Part shown: positions 35,400-47,833 of the stretch, in pieces
How the letters are laid out: every line of letters starts with the position of its first letter
Numbering within the stretch: position 1 is the stretch's first letter
DNA from: Vicugna vicugna
Lineage: Eukaryota
Direction: 5' to 3'
Assembly: GCA_013265495.1 (NCBI GenBank)
Contig: MU058384.1
Coordinates: 3,199,010 to 3,263,009 of the forward strand
Length of the DNA: 64,000 nt
Program-made: the position numbers and the translations under genes
The notes under the pieces: model-generated
Seen by the model: the letters and a program-made list of their open reading frames with translations, nothing else
Database searches by the model: none
What the model was told of the DNA's origin: nothing

Positions 35400-36845
35400 A
35401 TTTGCAAGCACGGGTAGCAATGAATCCAGGGCTTCCATGTTTGAGAAAGAGAACAATTGAAGCCAGCTGAGCATTTATCCTGGCTTTCTCCCTAAGAGCA
35501 GTTTCCAAGCTATGGTGGAGAAAACAGAGTCTACACAGGGTGACAGTCTCACTGGATGGAGGAAACAGAGAGCAGAATCCAGGGTTGCCAAGGCTGCTGC
35601 TAGGATTTAGGGCCAGAGTACCTTAGAGGAGGGAACTGTGGATAAGGAGTCCCAGAATATGCCCTAAAAATCTTCTTTAGCTGACTCATAAGTTGCACTT
35701 GACCAGAACAAGATTCTAGGAGACCTTGCAGAGCATAGCTATGGGAGGCTGGAGCGCTTTGCAAAAACTTTAGAAGCTTCAGAATTGCAGGGAGACACTG
35801 GAATTTGGGCTCAGTCAGAAGAAAGAGACCTGGGTAAACATCCTATTCTAAAAGTAAGGGCTACACCCTAGGGAAGAGAGTAAAACTAAGGTAGACTCAT
35901 CCTAGTAAAGTCTAACAGCAAGATCTGGCAGGTAAAGGTAATAACAATTTAATTACCTATTAGAAAAAAGAAACCTAATACTCCTTAGAGGAAGATAAAA
36001 TAATCTAAGGTCTCTACAATGTATCATCCAAGTTGCCTAGCATACAATTTAAAAAATACAAAAACGTAAAGAAAAGAAAATTTTACCACTAATGAAGACA
36101 TAAAGTAAATCAATAGGAGTAGACACAGACACTATTAAGATATTGGAGTTACCAGAGAAGGACAGCAAAATAGCTATTATTAATATGTTAAAGAAAATAG
36201 AGTAAAATACGGACAAAATAAATAAAAGTTGGAGAATTTCAATAGAAAATTTAAAGATATTAAAAATCAAATGAACATTCCAAAAAGTAAAATACAATAT
36301 CTATAATGAAGACCATTTTGCTTGGCTTTAACAGTAGACTGGAGAAAGTTGAGGGCAGAAGGGACTAGAACATAGTCAACAGAAATTATGCACCTAAAGC
36401 ATTAACAAAATTAACAAAACAAAATGAAATAGTGTAAGGAACATGAGAGATGCTACAAATGTCTAACATGTGTAATTGGAGTTCCAATAAAAAAGAAGAG
36501 GGAGAATGGGACCAAAGAAATAGTTAAAGAAAAAAATGGCTGAGATGTTTCCAAAATTGATAGAAGAAGTGAATGAGCAGATACAAAACAGCTTAACAAG
36601 CACCAAACAGAATGAATTTAAACACACACACACACACACAGGCACACCATTATCAAAAAGAAAATCTTAAAAACAGCATCAAAAGGTACATTACCTTCTG
36701 TTTGCAAAGTAAGACAATGCAGACTCTTCATCAGGGACTCTGGAAGTCTGGAGACAATGGAAAGACCTCATTAAAGTGCCAACAGGAAAAACCTTGCCAT
36801 TCTAGAATTCTATACAAACAAAAATATCTTTCAAAAAGAAGCAAA
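35400..36845 (+). mobile_element. Old L1 5'/ORF1-region remnant (L1M-type)
   Basis: A-rich strand bias and ORF1-like motifs (AGCTATTATTAATATGTTAAAG; TAACATGTGTAATTGGAGTTCCA; AATGGCTGAGATGTTTCCAAAATTGAT; TAGAATTCTATAC..AAAATATCTTTCAAAA); reading frame destroyed. Confidence 0.7.
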
Positions 36846-36859
36846 TTGCTCTTTTGGAT

Positions 36860-37135
36860 TGCTTGCTCAAGGGGAATGTAGCTGCTAGGTTACAAATCTA
36901 ATCTCTTCATGTAGAAAAGAATGAAAGCCTCTGGCTAACAGTCAGTAAGAAATTGATGTTCCAATAGTCTGTAAAGTGAGTTTGGAAGAGGCTCCGTTAC
37001 ATCCAGTCAAGCCTTCTGATGACTGCAGTCTCCTGACAGCTTGACTGCAACGTACGAAAGACCCTGAGCCAGACCACCTAGCTCTCAAAGTTCTGATTCA
37101 CAGAAAATGACCTAATGTTTGTTATTTTAAGCCAA
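36860..37135 (+). mobile_element. MLT1-type LTR fragment inserted in the old L1
   Basis: GTGAGTTTGGAAG..CCAGTCAAGCCTTCTGATGACTGCAG..GACAGCTTGACTGCAAC..GACCCTGAGCCAGA..TGTTTGTTATTTTAAGCC. Confidence 0.7.
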
Positions 37136-37289
37136 AGACACAACACACACATGCACATACACACATGAAAGAAAAATAATTTTTTTTAAAAAAAAGATGA
37201 AGAAATCTGTCAATTTGGGCAGAATTAGTACTTAATAATATTTAGTTTTCCAGTCTATGGTCTCGATATATCTCTCATTTAAATTATTC

Positions 37290-37810
37290 CTCAGCTAGGA
37301 CACAAAAAGCATGGATCATAAAAGAAAACATTGCTAAATTAGACTATGTCAAAATTTAAAACATTTGTTCTTCTAAAGACACAATTAAGAAAGCAAAAAG
37401 ACAAACCAAATACTGGGAGAAAATATTTACAAAATACATATTCGTATTTATTTCCATAATATGTAAAGAATTATTACTACTCTGTTACAAGAAGACAAAC
37501 AACTGAATTTTCTTAATAGGCAAGAGTTTGAAAAGCATTTTACAAAGAATATATATGACTGACCACATGAAAAAAAAACCTCCAAATCGCTAGTCTTCAG
37601 ACAAATTCAAATTAAAACCACCATAAGTTACCACTACATACCCATTAGAATGGCTAGAATTGAAAACTCTGACAATGTTTAAATCTTGTTGCAGTTGAGA
37701 ACTGGAACCCTCATATATTGCAAAATAGTACAACCACTGGAAAACAGTTTGGTACTTTCTTAGAATATTAAATATACACTTGCTATATTACTCAGCAATT
37801 TTATTCCTTC
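37290..37810 (+). mobile_element. Old L1 ORF2 3' remnant
   Basis: GACACAAAAAGCA..TCATAAAAGAAAA..AAATTAGACT; ACTGGGAGAAAATATTT; AATTAAAACCAC..ACCCATTAGAATGGCTA; GGAAAACAGTTTGG. Confidence 0.75.
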
Positions 37811-38399
37811 AAAGAATAAGTATGTTAAAAGTTGAGGGAGCCCTAAGATGAGGATAATGTGACTTGAAGAGTATGATGAATTCAACACTTGATGCCTGAG
37901 GGGCATGTGTGGTAAACTAACATACATGGCTTAAGTGGCAAAGGGTTCTGAAAATTTCCTTTCTCATTTCTGTCACAGACTTTGCCTGTGGTCTGACTCC
38001 TTTTTCTTACAGGTATGAAGTAGTGAACACAGGAAAGGGCTTAGTAAGCTGGGCTCAGGCATCTGTTAGTCCCTGGTTGAAGTTCTTACTTCACATAATT
38101 ATTTTCTGAGGTGTCTAGTCTCAATTTTCTCATCTATAATCTGGTGCTAATAATACTAAATAGAGTTTGCTGAATACTAAGTGGGAGCTGCACAAAGTAC
38201 TTAGTGTAATGCCTAGCAAGTAGAATTGTCCAATACACAGCAGTAGTAGTTATTACTATTTTAGAAACCTAGGTGACTTTCTGCTACTTGCTTTATTTTG
38301 TCCTTTTCATCATTTTAATCAAAAACTTAGATGAAACAATGATGCCATCCTTGTCAAATTGGGAGACCACAGAAAGTCAAAGGCATAGAATCAGTTCTT

Positions 38400-39060
38400 A
38401 ACCCACAAACTAAAATGGACTGATGTTAACATGTAACAGGGATTAACATACAATGAAATGACAGGACAAATCCAGAGTGATGAGAACTGAATAAAAGCAA
38501 CGTGTAAAAAATCCTAAGGATTTTAGACCAATGTAAGTCTACAGAGCAATGAAGTTGAGAGAGTCAACATGACCTGAGATCACATCATCTGGACCAGGTG
38601 TGGTCCAGAATCAGGTAGAATCCAACTCCCAGCACTTATGTCAGACACTCTAGGAGACAGTTCTCAGTTCTGGGAATCGCACTTTGAGAGGATGGGTAAC
38701 TAAACAAAGACCCCCAGATGAAGGACCAGAAACCACTGCAGGTGTTGTGCTGAGAGAAGGAGCATCTGAGCAGGGAGCATAAAGCTGTCTTCAAAATTCT
38801 TAAGAAGGATCGACTTACCTACACAGACCAGGTCGCTGCAGTCAATGAGGGGGAGTTTCACAGGGGGCAGATTTCAGCGCAGCGTCACGACCATGTATCT
38901 ACTTGTCAGAACTGACCACACAGAGGAGGGCAGCTCTCCAGGACAGCAGAACCCATGTGTGGAGGCACTGACGCAGAATCCAACAATTCCCTTGTCTGGG
39001 AATGTCATCCAGGAAACTCACAGGCAAGTAGAAGCTTGTACTGGATAATTTCAAGGCCTT
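38400..39060 (+). mobile_element. Possible ancient L3/CR1 remnant
   Basis: Weak CR1-like motifs (TTCTCAGTTCTGGG..CACTTTGAGAGGA; AGCTGTCTTCAAA); heavily diverged. Confidence 0.35.
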
Positions 39061-39719
39061 CCACTTCTGACTCTGAGGTTTGAGTGGTCATTTTCAAGTA
39101 CTTATCATCTGTCAGGACCCCAAAACCTTCAGGAGGAATATGTTTCTGAGACTGTCATCTTAATCCACCTAAGGTTTTGACAGTTTTTCAGGAACACAGG
39201 TCTTCCATGAGCCACCAATTTCTGCATATTTTTCAACTGCTCTCACCTTCACAACAGTTTTATTCTCCTCGGTCACTTTTCTCTCAAAATGTTCACTTGT
39301 GCTCTACTAGTGTTTAGAATTTATTCTTTCTATCAACCTATGGAAGAGGTCAGATTGAAAAACAAATGGTTTGGTTTCACTAAGCAGTAATATCTAAGAA
39401 GTTATCAGATGCAGTGACATTTCAGAACTATTTTTGATCAAGTGATTTGTTAATTCTAATTCCCAAAAATCCTCCATCTCCACTGCCAACTATTTTTCCA
39501 AATGGGAGCGGGAAGGGAGATTATTTCAGGAAGCCATGACCACTTGCTTTTATGCCTTTATCCGAAATCTTCCTTGGGAGAGTTGCTTGGTAGCTGAGCA
39601 GAAGAGGCCACGCGTGACAGATTATCAGCAGAACTGGCCTCGGGGAGCAAGTGTGCTTCCCTGCTAGTTGACGGTTTTTACAGTAATCTAGGAGGGCTGA
39701 GAAAACAAGCCATCCGAAG

Positions 39720-39850
39720 GCAGGAACCTTATCTTACACATCTTTGTAGCTCTCCCAGCTCCCAGCTCAGCCCCTGGTGCATAGTAGGCAGACAATATGT
39801 TTACTGCCAGAATGAATGAATTCGTGAACATGAATAAATGAATGGATGGA
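39720..39850 (+). mobile_element. L2 3' end
   Basis: CATCTTTGTAGC..CCCAGC..CCTGGTGCATAGTAGGCA..AATATGTTT..GAATGAATGAAT. Confidence 0.7.
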
Positions 39851-42800
39851 GGATGGCGGACAGATGGCACTGAGGAGGAGGCTGCTTCAGGCTTTAAGTT
39901 AAGCCTGTCAGGGTTCAGTTCCAGTTGCTGAGCTGCATTTCTGCCCCTCACCGTACTGACTCCCCTCTGTGGGGCTCGCTGATCGTGGAGCCTGTGGGTA
40001 GAATGTATTCTGGGGGAGATGAGAGCCGCCTGATATGAGAGATGATATCAGAGATTAGTTAACCGTATGGGCTTTGTCCCAGGGGAGGTGTGTGAAATGA
40101 ATCAGATTAAACAAAATTGATAATGTGAATGCTTAATCAAACAGACAAAGGTAGTCTGCGCAGCTAATTAGGGGCAAATAGAGCGTCCCTCTTGTACCTC
40201 ATTTAACTGACAAATTGTGCAGACAGTTTTAATGGGAGTCTGTTTAGCAAAGAGAAGGCTGTATAGTTGACAGCTTGGCAAAATGTGGTTTCTGTAACGC
40301 CACATGATGCTTATGGAAATTAGCCTGGTGCAGCTGAGCTCGGAGCGGTCCTGGGCTGTGCACATCGCAGCAAGCCGGACCCTTCACGGACCACTGGCCG
40401 TGGCACTCTTAAAGGCAAAGAACTCATTTTTGGTATTTTGAAAGGTCAAAGGGTTTCCACTCCGAACATTTAATGACATCTATTACCCAACCCAATGCCA
40501 AAGCTCAAAAGTAGTATGAGAGAAACTTCCCGTTTGGAGATGCAGAATCACCATCCAGACAAACGAGAAGATGTGGCATTCTGCAGCCAGAAGCCCTGAC
40601 TTGGACTCAGCGAGGTGACTTCAGAACAGTGACCCAAGGAGAAAGACAACTTGGTCTTTGGAATCTCCCACAGCTTGAGATAAACCGTATCAGACTTTCC
40701 CAGCATATTCACCATGCTCAAACCAACATCTCAGCCGCTCACTCTTTCTCACTGCCTTCCAAATCTGAATAGGCCCTCTCCCATTTCCTTTTCCAAATTA
40801 AGCACCTTCATTTTCTGATTTTTGCGTTTTGGACCTGCCATGGTGTTGGAGACTCTGGGAGAGTGTCTGGGAGCAAGTGTTTTTCCAGGAGTAGCAAGCA
40901 TACTCAGCTCGTTCCGGGTTCCCAGGTTGGCAAGAAGAGCTCTCACTGGCCGGTCCAGAAGGAACCAAACGCCAGGATCCACTGGCAATGCCTCTCACCA
41001 ATAGCATCATTTGCTGCCCTGAGAACTGGGGGAAAGAATAAAACTAGGGTTGGTGTGGAGATGGGGGTCCTCAGGGGCTCCCCCGTGGGATTGGCTGCCC
41101 TGATGCTGTGTGCAGCGCTCAGTTGCATGGAAGTAGGCATTCCAGGGACGAATGGGGTCACAAAGCTTGCCTTAGCCTGTATGCCAGCCCCAGGATGTCA
41201 TTGTCTGAGTGCAGGATCTGGAACCGGAGGTTGGATTCGCGGGGTGGGGACGAGCTTCCCCGCCTTGGGTACCCATGCGTGGCTCACAGCTTCCACCCCA
41301 CTAAAGGGAATACGGCCACGCATGAAGAGTAGTCATTTAATGAAGTGATTTTTGTGAATCACTCCACCAGTCAGACATGGTCCCTTCCGGAAAATGAACA
41401 GTTTTGCATAAAACGGTCCATTAGTGTCAATGGAGAGGGTCTGACCTCCTTCGGCTGCTCTGGAAGCCTAGTCAAGTGGAACAACTGGGGTTGTGCTTGG
41501 GCTGGGAGACAATGTCTCTACCCCAGGAGATTTTACTCCACATTATCCTGCATCAAACGCAAAAACAAGAGCAATTCCACTTCCAATTTGCAAAGTACAA
41601 TTTTAGCAAAGTTGGAGAAGTACTTATACCTATTCAAACAAATGTGATCTTTAAAAATTTATGGCAAATAGCCTGTTTATTAAATCAAAATATTTTAAAG
41701 CAGCAGAATGATTGTATTTTCATCACACCAAAGCTATACCACACATACACAAAACTATATTGACACTGACAGGAATCAAATTTATTTTTCACTTTTTGCT
41801 CTAAAGTTTGGCATTTGCTTTCTTGAACAGTAGAAGCAGTTGAGGATTCAACAAAAGATACTTGCTGGAAAAACGGGTAATGTAATTTGGGGTCACTATG
41901 AAAACAATCTCTGGGTTTTTGAATTTTTCACCATGTTGAAGTTACTAAAGTAATTATTTCTTTTTAATAGAAGAAAAATGGGTACTATAATGAATTTATT
42001 AAAGAGAAGTGAAGAGATTCTGAAAAGCAAAAGGAATAATAATAATATCCTATTAAAAAACCCATCTATGCCTAAGAAATTATCATTGTCTTCTACTTTT
42101 GGCAACTTAACTATGACCAGAATTCGTTTCATGTATACAAAAGCTTGCAAACTATTTTCATTCCTAGAAATTTTAACCTGGTGCAGGGATCATTACACTT
42201 GAGTGATGAATGGACACTATTATAAAAGGACATAGACGTAACTATTCTGCCTTAGAAAAACTGAAATACTGACAGTAGTTTTCAACTAAGAAACACAAAA
42301 GAAATAAAATGTCCCATTTTGATCACAATATTTTTATATCATTTATGTAGTTCTGTAGATCAAGTTTACACTTTGAATTACAGCAAGAGCTTTTTTCAGA
42401 TAGTTCCTCTTTGATGGAAATGATATGTTAATAAATAATTTTAAAAAAACAGTGGAAAGAGTTTCATGAGTAAAGGAAGACTTAGAAGCCTAAATGATCC
42501 AGATGAATGGGCCAGGATTTTGTACATGCTAGACTTCAGCTTTGACCAGGACCAGCCAGGATCCGTCTAAATAGATCTACCTCAGGAGATAACTTCATTA
42601 ATGACAGATTTTTCACTCCATTCCCTTTAGTGACCTGCCTACAGGGCACCTCTTGGTTAAGTAACTGGCATTCAAAGTGAAGTGGAGAGGAGTTAATTAC
42701 TGAGGGAGTGTTGTTCGCACACAACTAATTGATAACATTCAGGCCTCTCCAAATCCAGTTGGGGACCTAAATGATTAAGTCCCACAATTCAGAGAATAAC

Positions 42801-43664
42801 AGCTTTGCCACTAAGTTTGCTTGACCTTAACAGGTAGACCTGGTCATTGTATGGGAGGGGATCTTTGAGCCCCAAAGAAAGGCCAGAGATTGAGAGTAAC
42901 TACAAGGGATCAGGGAAATGAATGACGGCCAAGGTCAGGCCAGTAATCCAGAATTAAGCATTCTGGGCAACACGAGCAAGACTAGAAGCTGGATTAATAA
43001 AAATAGTAAAAGAAAAGAGACTATCTGACTCAGGCAAAATAAGATTGAAGGACTGTGTATGTTTGCCTTAAACAAATTTCCATTTTTCTTTCTGGGCATT
43101 GCTGCTAATGGCAAGAAAAGAGTAGACATAATTACTTGATAATTCAGACCAAACCTTTCCCTCTATTTTTCTAACACTCTTTTTATTTATTTTACAATCA
43201 CTGGAGTGGTTCTGGGTATATCAATCTGACCTTTGTTTACCCTGTTAAACACCTGGCAATCAGTTCCTCTTAATATCCTTGATGTAAGTTCCCAGGTAAC
43301 CTTTTTCCACTTTAGACCTTAAGTCCAAGTTCATCAATTGCAAAACACTTAGATGGCAGAGCAGAAATTCAGGCATCTGTCTCACTGTTTTTTTCTCACA
43401 TGATTAATTGACAGTTTTACTTTATGCACATTTAAGTGACATATGAACTTAAGCCATTTGTAACAACACGTACTCACAATACTTGCTTGTGAGTAGTTAG
43501 GAACTATGGGTTCTATTGAGTAAGTGATAGCAAGTTGTTTTATTTTACAGTTTAATTGCAAACTCTGAATTATTAGCTGATATGACTTTCAAAGGTATCA
43601 AAACAAGTGTACACTTCTAAAAAATGTTTTTGAACCAAATAATATTTAAATAACTACCAAGATC

Positions 43665-44528
43665 CATACAAATGGCCAATGGGCAAATGAAAAAAATGCT
43701 CAATATTGCTAATTATCAGAGAAATGCAAATCAAAACTACAATAAGATATCACCTTTCACCAGTCAGAATGGCCATCATTCAAAAGTCCACAAACAATAA
43801 ATGCTGGAGAAGATGTAGAGAAAAGGGAACCCTACTACACTGTTTGGTGCAGCCATTATGGAAAACAGTATGGACATTCCTCAAAAAACTAAAAATAGAC
43901 TTACCATGTGATCCAGCAATACCACTCCTGGGCATATATTCAGAGGAAACTCTAATTCAAAAAGACACATGCATCCCTATGTTAATAGCAGCAATATATA
44001 CAATAGCCAAGACATGGAAGCAACCTAAATGTCCATCAACACATGACTGAACAAAGAAGATGTGGTATATTTATACATTGGAATACTACTCAGCCATAAA
44101 AAAGAATAAAATAATGCCATTTTCAACAACATGGATGGATCTGGAGACTGTCATTCTAAGTGAAGTAAGCCAGAGAGAGAAAGAAAAAGACCATATTGTA
44201 TCACTTATATGTGGAAACTGAAAAAAAAAAAGACAAATGAACTAATTTACAAAACAGAAACAGACTCACAGACATAGAAACCAAACTATGGTTACCAAGG
44301 GGGAAAGGAAAGGAGGTAAGAAGGGATAAATTGGGGGTTTGAGATTTGCAGATACTAGCTACTATATAAAAAACAATTTCTACTGTATAGCACAGGGAAC
44401 TATATTCAGTATCTTGCAGTAACCTATAATGAAAAAGAATATGAAAGTGAATATATGTATGCATATGTATGCTATATACCAGACACTGACATGTTGTAAA
44501 CTGACTATACTTCAATTAAAAAAAAAAA
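43665..44528 (+). mobile_element. 5'-truncated L1 (ORF2 C-terminus, 3' UTR, poly(A))
   Basis: ORF 43706-44050 translates to the L1 ORF2p C-terminus ([50 protein letters not shown]). Ends ACTGACTATACTTCAATTAAAAAAAA. Confidence 0.95.
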
Positions 44529-45623
44529 TTCCCAGAAAAACACATAGAAAGAGCTAACTTCATCTATCACTTCATATCCATTTGGTGAAATGTCTTTCCA
44601 CATTTCATCTTCAGAATTGATTTAATTACAAAATTAACATTGATTTTGGAGAAAAAGTTGTTAATTATTATTAGTATTCTGTAAAAATTACAATTATTTA
44701 ATTGACTGAATTCTTTTTTACTTTTTGCAATTAATCCATAGTTTATCCTAATAAATTTGCAAACCTTGTGTAAAAGGTTTTAATAGGACACATAACTCAG
44801 TAGTCAACTCTGGTACTAACGAGTTCTATCAAATAACATAACTGCCTTCTTAGGGCCTTGAATCTTCTTCCACCATCTGAAATGAGAAGCTGTTCTACCA
44901 CCTGGAAGGCCCCCAACTATTATTCTTGCGTTTCATTGCTTGTGAAGGAGTTTGAAGGAGGGAGAAAGAAAATCATAAAGAAAGTTCACTTTATAGAAGA
45001 GCAAAAAGGATAAATGAATTTATTTATATATTCTGATCCTTTATTTTCTTCTAATTTTCAGATACTTCACTGCTCCTGTCATCAGCAAATCTGCAGCTCT
45101 CCTGGACTGTCTCATCAGCACGCCACAACGGAGGTGGGGTGGACGGCCAGCCACAGTCTACCCAGGGCTGCGTGAGTTAATTGATAAACCTCTCCTTTTC
45201 ATTATCAGTGCTAGCCTTCTGTCTACAGCCACACAGCCTACTGCCCCTGCAAGGCATTGAGATGTCCTTGTGGAATTCTAGCAGATATTGGAAATTGTGG
45301 TGGCAAATTAGCAGGGGCCACAAACCAGAAGTGACAGCTCCAGTACCCTGATGGGAGGAATGTCGCAATCCCTTGCCCATAGCAATTGGCCAGGCTTATC
45401 ATATGGACTAATCACAACAGATCTGGGGAAATAATGGGCACCAGATGTTATCGCTTTGTAGGCTTGAGCTCTCCAGAGACTACAGCCATGACAGGAGAGC
45501 TCCCTGAAAACAGGAACATGATTCTGTTGCTTATTAATCAAACCAGGAGGCTGGGTGTGATCATCTACTCCTTCCTCAGCACTATGGTTTCTTTTTGCTA
45601 CATTGATGAACAGGGAAAACTCT

Positions 45624-45653
45624 GTGTGTGTGTGTGTGTGCATGTATGTGTGT
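45624..45653. repeat. (TG)n microsatellite
   Basis: TGTGTGTGTGTGTGTGTGCATGTATGTGTG. Confidence 0.85.
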
Positions 45654-45895
45654 AAAAGAGACAGAGTAGATACGGAGGTGGGGGCAGACAATCTGGAAGT
45701 GTCTATTACACAAGCGCAGACACAATTCAATTTATTATCTATAAGCATATTTTTCAGAATTAAATTTCTTCTTAATTCAATTGTATTCAGCGTTGATGTA
45801 CCAGGAAGAACTTTCTTAATTAGATCTTTTATTTTTCTCCATTTTATTTATTCTGATGACCCTCAAATTTAAGTAGATATATTTTAAAACATGAA

Positions 45896-46653
45896 TTTTT
45901 TTTCATTTTTTAAAAATTATAGTCAGTTTACAATGTTGTGTCAATTTCTGGTGTACAGTATAATAGTTCAGGCATACATATACATACATATGTTTGTTTT
46001 GTATTCTTTCTCATTATAGGTTACTGTAATGAAATATAGTTCCCTGTGCTATAGAGTAGAAACTTGTTTTATATATAGTAGCTAGTATCTGCAAATCTCA
46101 AACTCCCAGTTTATCCCTTCCTACCTCCTTTACCCCCCTGGTAACCATAAATTTGGTTTCTATGTCTGTGAATCTGTTTCTGTTTTGTAAATAAGTTCAT
46201 TTGTCTTTTTTTTTTTTTAGATTCCACATATGAGTGATATAATATGGTATTTTTCTTTCTCTTTCGGGCTTACTTCACTTAGAATGACAACCTCCAGGTT
46301 CATTCATGTTGCTGCAAATGGCATTTTATTCTTTTTATGTCTGAGTAGTATTCCATTGTGCGTGTGCGTGTGTTCACCACATCATCTTTATCCAGTCATT
46401 TGTTGATGGAAATTTAGGTTGTTTCCATGACTCGACTATTGCAAATAGTGCTGCTATAAACATCAGGGTGCATGTAACTTTTTGAATCAAGTTTCCCTCT
46501 GGATATATGCCCAGGAGTGGGATTGCTGGATCATATGGTAAGTTTATTTTTAGTTACTTAAGGAATCTCCATACTGTTTTCCATGATAGCTGCACAAACT
46601 ACATTCCCACCAACAGTGTAGGAGGGTTCCCTTTTCTCTACCTCCTCTCCAGC
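45896..46653 (-). mobile_element. 5'-truncated L1 (ORF2 end and 3' UTR)
   Basis: Reverse complement aligns by eye along 43803-44528 (e.g. GGCTTACTTCACTTAGAATGACA; CCCAGGAGTGGGATTGCTGGATCATATGGTAAG). Confidence 0.95.
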
Positions 46654-46773
46654 CACATGTATTAAAATTATTTTCAAGGGGCCCCAGTAATGAACCCAAT
46701 TCTCATTTCTGTTGGTCTTCCTGACAATTCTCCATGGATATTCTAAAGTATCACAAACCTAGTTCATAGGAAC

Positions 46774-47270
46774 TAACGGGATTCAGGAAATGGCATCTTA
46801 ACATATTGAATATTTAAAGCTGAAGGAGTCTGAGAAACAGCAGAATCATGAAAGTTTCTCTGACCTTTCCCACCCCACCCCAATCTTCCCCTTGAAGCAG
46901 GTTGTAAGCCTTCATATGAGAGGTGGCATCGCTATATCTAGAAAAAAAGATCATCTTTACTACAGACATAGTGGGACCCCGAGAAGAGTCCAAAAAACAG
47001 GTTTTGTTTCCCCCAGTTTGCAACATATACCTCATACTCCCCAACCTAATGTGTTTCTCCACAGCCGTCCACCCTTCGTCAAACCTAGCATACAGACACT
47101 CAGGTTTAACCATTTCTTTGGGTCTTCATTTCCTTACGAAGGCTCCAATGGCATGCAAAACTTACACTAAACAAATGTGGATACTTTGTCCTGTTACTCT
47201 GCCTTTGACAGCCAAATTTTCCAGTCAGGGACCCTAAAGGGGCCACAGAAAACTTTTTTGCTCCCCTAGA
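46774..47270 (+). mobile_element. ERV1-class solo LTR (MER34/MER39-like), 4-bp TSD GAAC
   Basis: Homologous by eye to 55874-56354 (GCTGAAGGAGTCTGAGAAACAGCAGAA; CCTTGAAGCAG; CTTTGGGTCTTCATTTC; CCCTAA..GAAAACTTTTT..CCCC). GAAC at 46770-46773 and 47271-47274. Confidence 0.75.
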
Positions 47271-47711
47271 GAACCAAACCCATTCTTTCCCCCTAAGCCA
47301 TCCCCAGCCCTGCATATTACACACTTGTCCTACAGACTTGAAGGCCAGCATCATTCTCCTACTTATCTTGACCTAACACTTTGAAGTCACTATGTGCTTC
47401 TGTCTCTTTCTCAGCCCTTACATTCAGTCTGTATACAAAAGATAGTCTTGATTTGGACACTCTTTCTGTCTCTGTTTCTCCTGTTAGTTTCTTTTTCTTC
47501 TCACTCTCAGTGTCCTATGTAGTTTCCCATCATCTTATTTATAGAGTATTAATTCAACCTCTAAAATGGCTTTGTTTCCAGTCCCCATCCAGGCAATAAT
47601 CTGACCCCTGGATGTCTCAGTAGCTTTGCACACATATATGCAGGGAAACCCTCAGCAGCCAGTAGCCACTGTTATAAAGAATGGCTTCCGTGGGTCCATT
47701 CTTGAGTTTGG

Positions 47712-47833
47712 ATAATTAGGTTTATTTATTTATTAATTTTACTACTTTTATTTTTAAATGGAGGTATTGGGGACTGAACTCAGGACCTTGTGAATACTAA
47801 GCATACACTCTACCACTGAGCTTTACCCTCCCC
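47712..47833 (-). mobile_element. tRNA-Ala-derived SINE (camelid-type)
   Basis: Reverse complement reads GGGGAGGGTAAAGCTCAGTGGTAGAGTGTATGCTTAGTATTCACAAGGTCCTGAGTTCAGTCCCCAATACCTCCA followed by an AT-rich tail with AAATAAACCTAATTA. Confidence 0.85.

Noticed and set aside
43706..44050. 114 aa ORF with a Cys/His motif
   Set aside because: It is the L1 ORF2p C-terminus within a truncated L1, with an internal deletion and premature stop; not a host gene.
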